Assembly: GCA_017519405.1 (NCBI GenBank)
Contig: JAFWSH010000006.1
Coordinates: 9,284 to 73,283 of the forward strand
Direction: 5' to 3'
Length of the DNA: 64,000 bases
Origin: Clostridia bacterium
GTDB lineage: Bacteria > Bacillota > Clostridia > Christensenellales > Aristaeellaceae
The notes beneath the pieces are model-generated. The model saw only the letters and a list, made by a program, of their open reading frames with translations, searched no databases and had not been told where the DNA came from. Each line of letters begins with the position of its first letter. The stretch's first letter is position 1. This document shows, piece by piece, positions 40,541 to 49,325 of this stretch. The position numbers were made by a program, and so were the translations under genes.

Positions 40541-42671
40541 TGTCATTCGGGTTGAAGGAATCGAAACCAACAATCTTAGAGGCCTTGATGTTGAGCTTGA
40601 AAAAAGAGCTCTTAACCTGATTATCGGGCCATCCGGTAGTGGAAAGTCATCTTTAGCATACGATACAATTGCACAGATTGGTCAGCATGAATATATGGCC
40701 ATGTTTGCTGACGATGTTGCTGAACCCTCTTACAAGGTTAAGGGGTATCACAATATGGTTGTTGCGGTGCCGATCAGACAATCTAACAGCAACAATAATA
40801 TGCACTCAACCATTGGAACGTATTTCGGTCTTAACCGGAGTATCGCTTTCATTTTTGCGTCCATGACAGGTATCCCAGAGGAGCACTTCACATTAAACCG
40901 AGCTGCTAATCTGTGCGAAAACTGTCATGGACTTGGTTTTATCAGCGTTATTGACGAAAACAGGATTATCGATTACAGCCTTCCGATCTCACAGAATCCT
41001 TTCCGATGCTGGAATAAATTCAAAGATTTCTACCGCCAGATTCTTGTCGCTTACTGCCACGATGTAGGAATTGACCCGTCAAAAACATTCCGGCAGCTGT
41101 CGGAAAAAGAAAAGCATCTGCTTCTCTATGGTGAAGGGAAGACTAAGTACAAGTTCCTCTACAAGCGAACCAACGGAACCTCACAACGTACATCCTGCTA
41201 TTATGGCATCATGACTGGGAAAGCGATGATGCCAGATTACAGTACCGCGAGCAGGTTTTATAGCGAGAGGACTTGCCCATGTTGTGGAGGTCAGAAGTAC
41301 GGAGCTGAACAACGGCAGTACCTGTTTAACGGTCTGTCAATTGGCGACTTTATGACTATGCCCTTTGCGGAACTCATCAATTTCGTAGAGGAATCAAAGA
41401 AAAAGGTAAAGGATGTTCGTATCTCTTTTGCTTTCAATAGTCTCCACTCCTTTCTGAAAAAGGCTATTGATCTAAATCTGGGGCATCTGTTCTTCCATCG
41501 CGCAATACCGACTTTGTCTGGTGGAGAATTGCAGCGCCTGAGAATGGTGCAGGTTTTTAATGCGCAGCTTTCTGATATGCTGGTTGTCCTGGATGAACCT
41601 CTGGCAGGGTTGTCGGGACGCGAGAAGAAAGCAATCTATGAAAACATCATAGCTCTCTGTGACCGTCATACTGTTCTTGTGGTCGATCATAGCGACGTGT
41701 TTGTCAGCAAAGCCCGCAGAATCTATGCTCTTGGCCCAGGTGGCGGTTCAAAGGGCGGACAGATGATTGATGCTGCTCAATATATCCAGCAAGAGAGTCA
41801 ATCGCGCTCTTTGAGTGTGTTCAAGACTGATGCTATGCTACCAATAGAGGTATCAAGTCCTGTCTATCAATATCAAGGCACCAGAATCGCGATCATGCAG
41901 TCTGCTATGAATATGATCACCGGGCCTTCCGGGGTCGGAAAATCAACACTGCTTCGTGAGTATTTCCCGCAGGTTTTTGATGAGTACTTGTATATAAACC
42001 AGAAACCAATGATGGGAAACAAAACTTCCAGTGTTATTACAGCTCTGGATCTGTTTGGAAGAATCCAGGATCTATTTGCGAAGAAAACTGGGAAAGACCG
42101 GCGTTGGTTCTCCAACCAATCCGGCTGCGATGGAGCTTGCCCGGTTTGTGGTGGCGCCGGCTACATAGAGTACGGATACGATGCCAGGACAAAATCAATA
42201 CTGCCTTGCGAAGAGTGTGAAGGAACAGGATTCAACAAAGTTCTGAAGAAATATAAGATTGATGGCAAAACCATATTTGATATATGGAACATGACCATTG
42301 ATGAAGGTATTCAGTACTTTAGAAAGCTCGACTCCAAGATCAGTACTACCTTCGAAGAAGCATCTTCAATCCTCCTGGGGCACTTGAAGATTGGGCAACC
42401 TACTTCCACTCTTTCAGGTGGAGAAAATATCCGCATCAAGATCATGAAGGCTGCCAAATCAACAGCGAAGGTTCTCGGCATTGATGAACCGTTCAAAGGG
42501 TTAAGTCCATCTGAAATATATCTTGTCGCTTCTTTCTTTGATCGCATTCGAGCGAAAGGTAAAACGATTGTCGTTGTAGATCACTCAGAGGAAGCTGAGA
42601 GATACTTTGGACACAGGATTGTATTAGCACAGAAGGACGGCATACTAATAGAATCTCGGAGACAAATATAA
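40533..42671 (+). CDS. UvrA paralog (712 aa), class II-like: both ABC ATPase modules and Zn modules present, UvrB-binding domain absent
   Basis: ATG 40533 overlaps the rSAM stop by 8 nt. VEGIETNNLRGLDVELEKRALNLIIGPSGSGKSSLAYDT (compare UvrA ..THNLKNIDLDIPR.KL.V.TGLSGSGKSSLAFDT). FTLNRAANLCENCHGLGF and CPCCGGQKY Zn module. LSGGELQRLRM. Second Walker A ITGPSGVGKSTLL. CPVCGGAGY...CEECEGTGF. LSGGENIRIKI. The segment between LLFARVG-equivalent and FSFN-equivalent that carries Zn1 plus the UvrB-binding domain in UvrA is missing. Confidence 0.85.
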   Translation: MADVIRVEGIETNNLRGLDVELEKRALNLIIGPSGSGKSSLAYDTIAQIGQHEYMAMFADDVAEPSYKVKGYHNMVVAVPIRQSNSNNNMHSTIGTYFGLNRSIAFIFASMTGIPEEHFTLNRAANLCENCHGLGFISVIDENRIIDYSLPISQNPFRCWNKFKDFYRQILVAYCHDVGIDPSKTFRQLSEKEKHLLLYGEGKTKYKFLYKRTNGTSQRTSCYYGIMTGKAMMPDYSTASRFYSERTCPCCGGQKYGAEQRQYLFNGLSIGDFMTMPFAELINFVEESKKKVKDVRISFAFNSLHSFLKKAIDLNLGHLFFHRAIPTLSGGELQRLRMVQVFNAQLSDMLVVLDEPLAGLSGREKKAIYENIIALCDRHTVLVVDHSDVFVSKARRIYALGPGGGSKGGQMIDAAQYIQQESQSRSLSVFKTDAMLPIEVSSPVYQYQGTRIAIMQSAMNMITGPSGVGKSTLLREYFPQVFDEYLYINQKPMMGNKTSSVITALDLFGRIQDLFAKKTGKDRRWFSNQSGCDGACPVCGGAGYIEYGYDARTKSILPCEECEGTGFNKVLKKYKIDGKTIFDIWNMTIDEGIQYFRKLDSKISTTFEEASSILLGHLKIGQPTSTLSGGENIRIKIMKAAKSTAKVLGIDEPFKGLSPSEIYLVASFFDRIRAKGKTIVVVDHSEEAERYFGHRIVLAQKDGILIESRRQI

Positions 42672-42720
42672 ACGCTACATGATAGACACCGGGCGCACAT
42701 CTGTAGTTGGGGGTGACGAC

Positions 42721-45714
42721 ATGGGACGTCCAGAGGACGAGCGGGTGAAAATTCCAGCCTTGCTACATCTGACAAGGCTTGGTTATAGCTACCTCTCGCT
42801 CCAGGAATGCGAGCATGACGAGGAAACCAATATCTTCCTCTCCATATTTCGCGACTCCCTGGCACAGATCAACATGCAGCCCGTAAGCGAGGAGAAGGCT
42901 GCTGACATCATCCGAGAGATTCGGAACGCCTTGGATAATGACGATCTGGGTCGTGAGTTTTTCAAGCTCCTTCAGGCTGGCTGCAGCGGGTTGAAGCTGA
43001 TTGACTTTGAGCATCCAGATCAGAATAGTTGGCATGTGGTCACTGAGCTACCCTGCAAGAGGGATCAGGACGAATTCAGGCCTGACATCACGCTGCTGAT
43101 CAACGGATTGCCGCTGGTGTTCATCGAGGTCAAACGACCCAACAATGTAGATGGCATCCAGGCTGAACGGGATCGGATGGATCGCCGGCTGAGTAATCCA
43201 AAGTTCCGGCGGTTCATCAACATGACCCAGTTGATGATCTTCTCGAACAATGGAGAATATGATGATTCCGAGACGCCTCCGCTCTCCGGCGCTTTCTATG
43301 CGACCATCGGAAAGAAGCGACTGTTCTTCAATCATTTTCGAGAGGAACAGGAAGGCCGGTTTGCGCAGATTGCGGATTTGGATCCCACGGCGGAACGGAA
43401 GATCCTGCTGGACACACATCTCCCTGCCATCAAGCACCATGCAGAGTATCTGACCAATCTGAGCCCTACCACACCGACGCACCGCATTCTCTCTTCCATG
43501 GCCAGCAGGGATCGACTGCTGTTCTTGCTGCGCTATGGTTTGGTCTATGTTGATCGGGTGAACGATAACGGCATCACGGAGACAGAGAAGCATGTGATGC
43601 GCTACCCGCAGTTGTTCGCCACGCAGGCCATTGAGAAGCGAATCTCTGATGGCGGCCGAAAAGGTGTCATCTGGCACACCCAGGGAAGCGGTAAAACAGC
43701 ATTGGCCTACTTCAATGTCCGGTACCTGTCGGACTATTTCCAGCATCAGGGAGTGATCGCCCGGTTCTACTTCATCGTGGATCGGTTGGATCTGCTTCAG
43801 CAGGCAGCGGATGAATTCCGCGCCAGAGGACTGACGGTCAACGAAGTCAATTCCAAGGATGCTTTTGAAAAGGCTTTGACACCGGTTCGGGAGAGCAGCA
43901 CCTCCGGCGGTCTCTCCATAACCGTGGTGAATATCCAGAAGTTCTCCGATGAAGCGGTAGCTCAGCCAAGTGACTACGGCCTTCGGGTACAGCGTGTGTA
44001 CTTCATGGATGAAGCGCACCGCAGCTACAATCCTAAAGGCTCATTCCTGTCTTATTTGCAGGCTTCGGACCGGCAGGCGATATGGATTGCACTGACCGGC
44101 ACTCCGCTGATCGGTGAAGGCTATAACACCAAAGATGTCTTTGGACCCTACATTCATAAATACTACTACAATGCCTCCATCAAGGATGGCTATACCCTGC
44201 GGTTGATGCGGGAGGGTATTCGCACCGAATACCGTGTGCAGATGCAAGGCGTTCTGGAGAGCATCCGCACTCTCGAGCGCTCCATTCAACGGGAAGACCT
44301 CTATGCCCATGAGAAGTATGTTCAGCCGTTGGTGCAGTATATCGTGGAGGATTTCACACAAGCCCGCGTCAGGCTTCACGATCCCTCCATCGGCGGAATG
44401 ATCATCTGCGATTCCTCCAAGCAGGCCCGGGAGGTCTTCCGGCAGATGAAGGATCTGCCGGATCTGAAGGTCGCGCTGATCCTGCACGATGAGGATGACA
44501 TCGAAACCAGAAAGCAGGAGCGTATCGACTTCAAGAAGGGCGCTATCGATATTCTGATTGTCTTCAACATGCTACTGACGGGCTTTGACGCACCTCGGCT
44601 CAAGCGGCTGTACGTAGGCAGAGTGATCAAGGATCACAACCTGCTGCAGGCGCTTACCCGTGTTAATCGACCCTATGGACAGCATCGTTTCGGCACCGTG
44701 ATTGACTTTGCCGACATCCGGAAAGAGTTCGACAAGACCAACCAGGAATACATGCGGGAGCTGCAAACGGAGCTGGGTGATGCTTTTTCCGAGTATGACA
44801 GCATCTTCATGACCGAAGATGAAATCAGGACCGCTCTGACGGCTATTGAGGACGTACTGTTCCTCTATGACCGGGTCAACATCTCTGTCTTCACGCAGCA
44901 GATCTCTGACAATGTGGGCAAACCGGAATTGCTTCAACTGCAAAAAGCTCTGACCCAGTATCGAGAAATGGCGAATGTTGCCCGGCTGTATGGCTATGAT
45001 GCCCTTGCCTCATCGTTCACCGTGAGCAACGCTTCCGCCATGCTGACCGAGGTCACTAATCGGATCAAATTGCTGAATCAGCGCGAAACGCTGGATCAAG
45101 CCGTTGATATGCAGTCTGTGCTGAACATCGCCATGGATCAGATCCAATTTGTATTCAAGCGGATCTCCAAGGATGAAATGGTCATCGCGGACAGTTACCG
45201 GGAGATGCTGGAGCGTACCCGACAGACGATGCACAGCAATCACGACCCGGACGATCCGGAGTATGTCACACTGCTGGAAGAGCTGCAACGGCTGCTGCAG
45301 AAGAAAAAGATCGAGGAACTGACCGCCGAGGAGATGCGGGAGGATATGGCCGCCCTGGATCGCATCCGGACACAAGCTGCGGAGCTCAACCGTCGGGATG
45401 CAATGCTGACCCAGCGTTACGAGAACGATCCACGCTTTATGCGCATCCATAAGCGCCTGCGGGCCAATCCGCCGCCTATCGGGAGCGATGTGCAGATCCA
45501 TCAGGTGCTGATGCGCTTGAAGCACTCAACAGATGAGAGTGTGATGATGAACAGCGGCATTCTTCGGAACGAAGCTTATTTCACTCAGGCGCTGATGCCT
45601 CAGATCATTGACGCTCTACGTTCCAGCCATCTGCCCTTCACCCTGCCGCAGGTGCAGTTTGTGGGACAAACAATCTCCCGGGAATACTTCCGTGAAAGGA
45701 CATGGGCCAGCTGA
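42721..45714 (+). CDS. hsdR: Type I restriction enzyme R subunit
   Basis: MGRPEDERVKIPALLHLTRLGYSYLS N-terminus (alternative ATG 42679). PD-(D/E)xK-like region ITLLINGLPLVFIEVKRP. Helicase motifs VIWHTQGSGKTALA and VYFMDEAHRS. Stop overlaps the hsdM start (TGATG). Confidence 0.9.
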   Translation: MGRPEDERVKIPALLHLTRLGYSYLSLQECEHDEETNIFLSIFRDSLAQINMQPVSEEKAADIIREIRNALDNDDLGREFFKLLQAGCSGLKLIDFEHPDQNSWHVVTELPCKRDQDEFRPDITLLINGLPLVFIEVKRPNNVDGIQAERDRMDRRLSNPKFRRFINMTQLMIFSNNGEYDDSETPPLSGAFYATIGKKRLFFNHFREEQEGRFAQIADLDPTAERKILLDTHLPAIKHHAEYLTNLSPTTPTHRILSSMASRDRLLFLLRYGLVYVDRVNDNGITETEKHVMRYPQLFATQAIEKRISDGGRKGVIWHTQGSGKTALAYFNVRYLSDYFQHQGVIARFYFIVDRLDLLQQAADEFRARGLTVNEVNSKDAFEKALTPVRESSTSGGLSITVVNIQKFSDEAVAQPSDYGLRVQRVYFMDEAHRSYNPKGSFLSYLQASDRQAIWIALTGTPLIGEGYNTKDVFGPYIHKYYYNASIKDGYTLRLMREGIRTEYRVQMQGVLESIRTLERSIQREDLYAHEKYVQPLVQYIVEDFTQARVRLHDPSIGGMIICDSSKQAREVFRQMKDLPDLKVALILHDEDDIETRKQERIDFKKGAIDILIVFNMLLTGFDAPRLKRLYVGRVIKDHNLLQALTRVNRPYGQHRFGTVIDFADIRKEFDKTNQEYMRELQTELGDAFSEYDSIFMTEDEIRTALTAIEDVLFLYDRVNISVFTQQISDNVGKPELLQLQKALTQYREMANVARLYGYDALASSFTVSNASAMLTEVTNRIKLLNQRETLDQAVDMQSVLNIAMDQIQFVFKRISKDEMVIADSYREMLERTRQTMHSNHDPDDPEYVTLLEELQRLLQKKKIEELTAEEMREDMAALDRIRTQAAELNRRDAMLTQRYENDPRFMRIHKRLRANPPPIGSDVQIHQVLMRLKHSTDESVMMNSGILRNEAYFTQALMPQIIDALRSSHLPFTLPQVQFVGQTISREYFRERTWAS

Positions 45715-47345
45715 TGGATACGATTGAGATTACCCGGCAAACCAAGGCCATGATTGATGGTCTGAAGACCATATGCGCCAATTTCGGCCTGGGCAATGCC
45801 GCCAGCGAATACAAGATCATAACCGAGGTTTTCCTCTACAAATTTCTGAACGACAAGTTCCTCTGGCAGGTACGGAAGGTGGTTCCAGCCCTGCAGGGGT
45901 GTACCGACGCACAGGTAGAGGAGTATCTTGCTACACTCAGCGAAGACGACTTCACGCTGATCCTCTATCAGCTGGCTCCCGACACCGCCCGTCTGCAGCG
46001 GAATCAACTCATCTCTGCTCTGTACAATCGACAGAATGAGGAGCGCTTCCATGAGCTGTTCGACACGACTCTGAAGGACATCTCCGATCAGAATCTTGAG
46101 GTCTTTTCGGTGTCGGCAGGCACATCCTCACGCATCCGTCTCTTCGGCGGCCTCTCTCAGTATGTGATTGAGGAAGAAAAGAAAGCGCCCTTCTGTCGTG
46201 CGCTGATCGGACAGCTGGTGTCGGATTCTTTCTCCGCTGTGTTCGACCAGAAGTATGATTTCTTCGCTGACATCTTCGAGTACCTGGTGAAGGATTACAA
46301 CAAGGACAGCGGTAAATACGCTGAGTACTACACGCCCCATGCCATCGCCACGATTCTGGCCCGCATCCTTGTGCGAGAACCAGTGCAGGATGTGTCCGTG
46401 TATGACCCCGCAGCAGGATCCGGCACGCTGGTGCTGGCCACCGCTCATGCCATCGGCGAGAACAAGTGCACCATCTATACCCAGGATATCAGCCAGAAAT
46501 CCAATGAATTCCTGCGCCTGAACCTGATCCTGAACAGCCTGGTGCACTCCCTGCCCAATGTAATTCATGACGATACTCTTGTGAGCCCCCGGCACCTGAA
46601 CGCCCGGGGCGATGGCATCGCCACCTTCGATTTCATCGTCAGCAATCCGCCCTTTAATATGGACTTCAGCAAAACCCGGGATCAGCTGGCTGGTGAAGCC
46701 TACAAAGCCCGCTTCTTCGCCGGGGTTCCAAATATCCCCAACAAGAAGCTGGACAGCATGGCTGTCTACCAGATGTTCCTGCAGCACATCATCGTCTCCC
46801 TGAATGAGCACGGAAAGGCAGCGGTAGTAGTTCCGACAGGCTTTCTGACTGCCGGTAGCGGCATCCCGCTGAATATTCGTCAGCGCCTGGTGGATCATCA
46901 CTGGCTCCGTGGCGTTGTGAGCATGCCAAGCAATATCTTTGCCAATACCGGCACCAACGTTTCCGTGGTGTTCATCGATAAGGATCATACCGGGGACGTC
47001 ATCCTGATGGATGCCAGTAAGCTGGGCAGTAAGGTCAAGGTGGATGACAACCAGCGAACCGTCCTTTCCGACGAGGAGATTGAACGGATCATCACCGCAT
47101 TCAACGCTGGAGAACCTATCGAAGATTTCTGCGTTGTCGTCAGTGAGGAGCAGATCAAAGAAAAGAAATACAGCTTCTCCGCCGGGCAGTATTTCGAGGT
47201 GAAGATTGAGTACGTGAACCTGACCCCGGCCGAATTTGCGGAGAAAATGCAGGACTACCAGTCCCGGTTGCAGGCAATGTTTGAGGATGGACATCGGCTG
47301 GAGGCAGAGATTATGGAGCAGTTGGGGCGGGTGAAATATGAATAA
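45714..47345 (+). CDS. hsdM: Type I R-M N6-adenine DNA methyltransferase subunit
   Basis: VYDPAAGSGTLVL (SAM-binding motif I), IVSNPPFNMDF (NPPF motif IV), HsdM-N-like N-terminus (ITEVFLYKFLNDKF). Alternative ATG at 45702. Confidence 0.9.
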   Translation: MDTIEITRQTKAMIDGLKTICANFGLGNAASEYKIITEVFLYKFLNDKFLWQVRKVVPALQGCTDAQVEEYLATLSEDDFTLILYQLAPDTARLQRNQLISALYNRQNEERFHELFDTTLKDISDQNLEVFSVSAGTSSRIRLFGGLSQYVIEEEKKAPFCRALIGQLVSDSFSAVFDQKYDFFADIFEYLVKDYNKDSGKYAEYYTPHAIATILARILVREPVQDVSVYDPAAGSGTLVLATAHAIGENKCTIYTQDISQKSNEFLRLNLILNSLVHSLPNVIHDDTLVSPRHLNARGDGIATFDFIVSNPPFNMDFSKTRDQLAGEAYKARFFAGVPNIPNKKLDSMAVYQMFLQHIIVSLNEHGKAAVVVPTGFLTAGSGIPLNIRQRLVDHHWLRGVVSMPSNIFANTGTNVSVVFIDKDHTGDVILMDASKLGSKVKVDDNQRTVLSDEEIERIITAFNAGEPIEDFCVVVSEEQIKEKKYSFSAGQYFEVKIEYVNLTPAEFAEKMQDYQSRLQAMFEDGHRLEAEIMEQLGRVKYE

Positions 47346-48585
47346 AGTCAAGCTTATAGATATATGTGATGACTTGAGCGATGGACTCCATGCTGCCCCC
47401 GTTTTTAATCCTCAAGGGGAATACCTTTTTGTGAATGCTATCAATCTCGAAAATGGATATATCATTGACACAGGGGATGGGAAGCGCGCTGATTATTCCG
47501 AATATGTAAAATACAGGATTGACTTGAATGACAGAACAATACTGTATTCAATTGATGGTACAATCGGAAAGATAGCGCGATATCGTGGTGAAAAAGTCAT
47601 TCTGGGAAAAGGGGCTTGTTATATCAAGCTTAAAGAGACTGTAAATGCTGATTACATCTATTACTTACTCCAATCATCTATATTTCAAGCATACTTAAAA
47701 AGCATGACCACAGGTTCGACAATACACCATATATCACTCGAAACTATGCGGAACTTTAGCTTTGCATTACCGGATCGGGTAATTCAAGATTGTATTGCTA
47801 AAGTTCTATTAGTCATAGATCAGAAAATCGATCTTAATACTCGCATCTGTACTGAGCTGGAATCCATGGCCCGCACCCTCTATGACTACTGGTTTGTGCA
47901 GTTTGATTTCCCGGATGAAAACGGCAAGCCCTACCGCAGCAGCGGCGGGGAAATGATGTGGTGCCAGGAGCTGGGGCGTGAGGTGCCGAAGGGATGGAAG
48001 TTGGGGACAATTGGTGACCTGGGAGAGGTTGTTTCAGGAGCCACCCCTTCAACAACAGAAGACAGTTATTATACTGATAGCGGTATAGCTTGGATTACTC
48101 CGAATGACCTCTCAAACAATGGACAAAACATGTTCATTGCTCATGGTGAAAGAGATATTACAGAAGCCGGATTACAAAGCTGCTCTTCTGTACTCATGCC
48201 AGAAGGCAGCGTTCTGATGAGTTCCAGAGCTCCTATTGGATATCTTGCAATTGCCGCAAATGACGCATGTACAAACCAGGGATTCAAATCTATCATCTGC
48301 AATAAGGGATTTCTGTCTCTGTATGTTTACTATACGCTAAAGAGAAATGTGGATGGAATTGCAAGGCAGGGGGTCGGCACCACCTTCAAAGAGGTATCGA
48401 GAGAAGCGCTTACAAGGTACCCTGTTCTTCTCCCGCCACAATGTATCGCTGAAAGATTTGAATACCTACTGCAACCAGTAGGAAAAGCGCGGCTAAAGTG
48501 CGAGCAGGAAGCAAGCGAATTAGTTCATCTCCGCGACTGGCTCCTGCCGATGCTGATGAACGGGCAAGCAAAGGTGGTACTATAA
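47338..48585 (+). CDS. hsdS: Type I R-M specificity subunit (two target-recognition domains)
   Basis: ATG overlaps the hsdM stop by 8 nt. Two TRDs separated by the conserved helix LNTRICTELESMARTLYDYWFVQFDFPDENGKPY, and C-terminal conserved helix CEQEASELVHLRDWLLPMLMNGQ. Confidence 0.9.
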   Translation: MNKVKLIDICDDLSDGLHAAPVFNPQGEYLFVNAINLENGYIIDTGDGKRADYSEYVKYRIDLNDRTILYSIDGTIGKIARYRGEKVILGKGACYIKLKETVNADYIYYLLQSSIFQAYLKSMTTGSTIHHISLETMRNFSFALPDRVIQDCIAKVLLVIDQKIDLNTRICTELESMARTLYDYWFVQFDFPDENGKPYRSSGGEMMWCQELGREVPKGWKLGTIGDLGEVVSGATPSTTEDSYYTDSGIAWITPNDLSNNGQNMFIAHGERDITEAGLQSCSSVLMPEGSVLMSSRAPIGYLAIAANDACTNQGFKSIICNKGFLSLYVYYTLKRNVDGIARQGVGTTFKEVSREALTRYPVLLPPQCIAERFEYLLQPVGKARLKCEQEASELVHLRDWLLPMLMNGQAKVVL

Positions 48586-48608
48586 AACAGAAAGCGAGGA
48601 AAGAATTC

Positions 48609-48995
48609 ATGGAAAGAGATATGGATTTGGTTCGTCTGATCCTGCTGGAAATCGAGAAAGAGTACAAATCAACAGTCCTTTATGATTTGAAGATCGATGG
48701 CTATGACATGGAAACGGTAGCCTATCATTGCAAAATACTTCATGAGGCAAAACTGATTTCAGCATATAAAGGCATGTATGCCGATAATGCCCTTCAGGAC
48801 TTCGCAGTAGGATCTCTTACATGGGAAGGTCATGACTATCTTGATAAAGTTCGTGACAACAGCCGTTGGGGAAAGATAAAGAAATTACTGAAGGAGAAGA
48901 CCCTCCCGCCAACAATTGAGGTTATCAAAATGCTGGCTGATGGTCTGATCAGCGCTGCAACTGCCGCTGCTGTCAGCAGTATTACCGGGGCATAA
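48609..48995 (+). CDS. DUF2513 domain protein
   Basis: GAGGA 9 nt before ATG 48609. MDLVRLILLEIEKEYKSTVLYDLKIDGYDMETVAYHCKILHEAKLISA....SLTWEGHDYLDKVRD is typical DUF2513 (winged-helix-like). Confidence 0.75.
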   Translation: MERDMDLVRLILLEIEKEYKSTVLYDLKIDGYDMETVAYHCKILHEAKLISAYKGMYADNALQDFAVGSLTWEGHDYLDKVRDNSRWGKIKKLLKEKTLPPTIEVIKMLADGLISAATAAAVSSITGA

Positions 48996-49055
48996 CAGAA
49001 ATATTCCTTTATCAGTTTTGAATGGCGTAGAGGCGGCACTCTCCAACAAGTGTTG

Positions 49056-49325
49056 TTAATCCAGCGCCCACTCCACGCCTTCCTCGTCATCCATCCATTC
49101 TTGTGAATCAACCAGCGCTTCAACGCCCACACTGAGTTCCCCAAAGGGTTTCGATCCATCATACGCCGGCTCCACACAGACAACCTGTGTGGGGCCGTTT
49201 CTGCGCCAGTTCAAATCATCATATCCGTTGCGCTCCATGGCGATCTCCACGGCTTCCTCTTCGCTCTCTGCTTCGATAGCGTCCTCAAATACCAACTGCC
49301 GGCACAAAGTCACGTTCCACATCAT
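49056..49325 (-). CDS. Hypothetical acidic 89-aa protein (transposon backbone)
   Basis: Start overlaps the upstream stop. Composition is normal. Family not recognised. Confidence 0.5.
   Translation of the reverse strand: MMWNVTLCRQLVFEDAIEAESEEEAVEIAMERNGYDDLNWRRNGPTQVVCVEPAYDGSKPFGELSVGVEALVDSQEWMDDEEGVEWALD

Noticed and set aside
42672-42720. Terminator between the uvrA-like gene and hsdR
   Set aside because: Only an imperfect, interrupted pairing (CTACATG...CATCTGTAG) without a T-run. This is insufficient to call a terminator, hence the co-transcription hypothesis.
43048-47351. Minus-strand ORFs of 323 aa (43048-44019) and 407 aa (46128-47351) inside hsdR and hsdM
   Set aside because: They are antisense to genes with unambiguous HsdR helicase and HsdM NPPF motifs, and carry no motifs or SD of their own.
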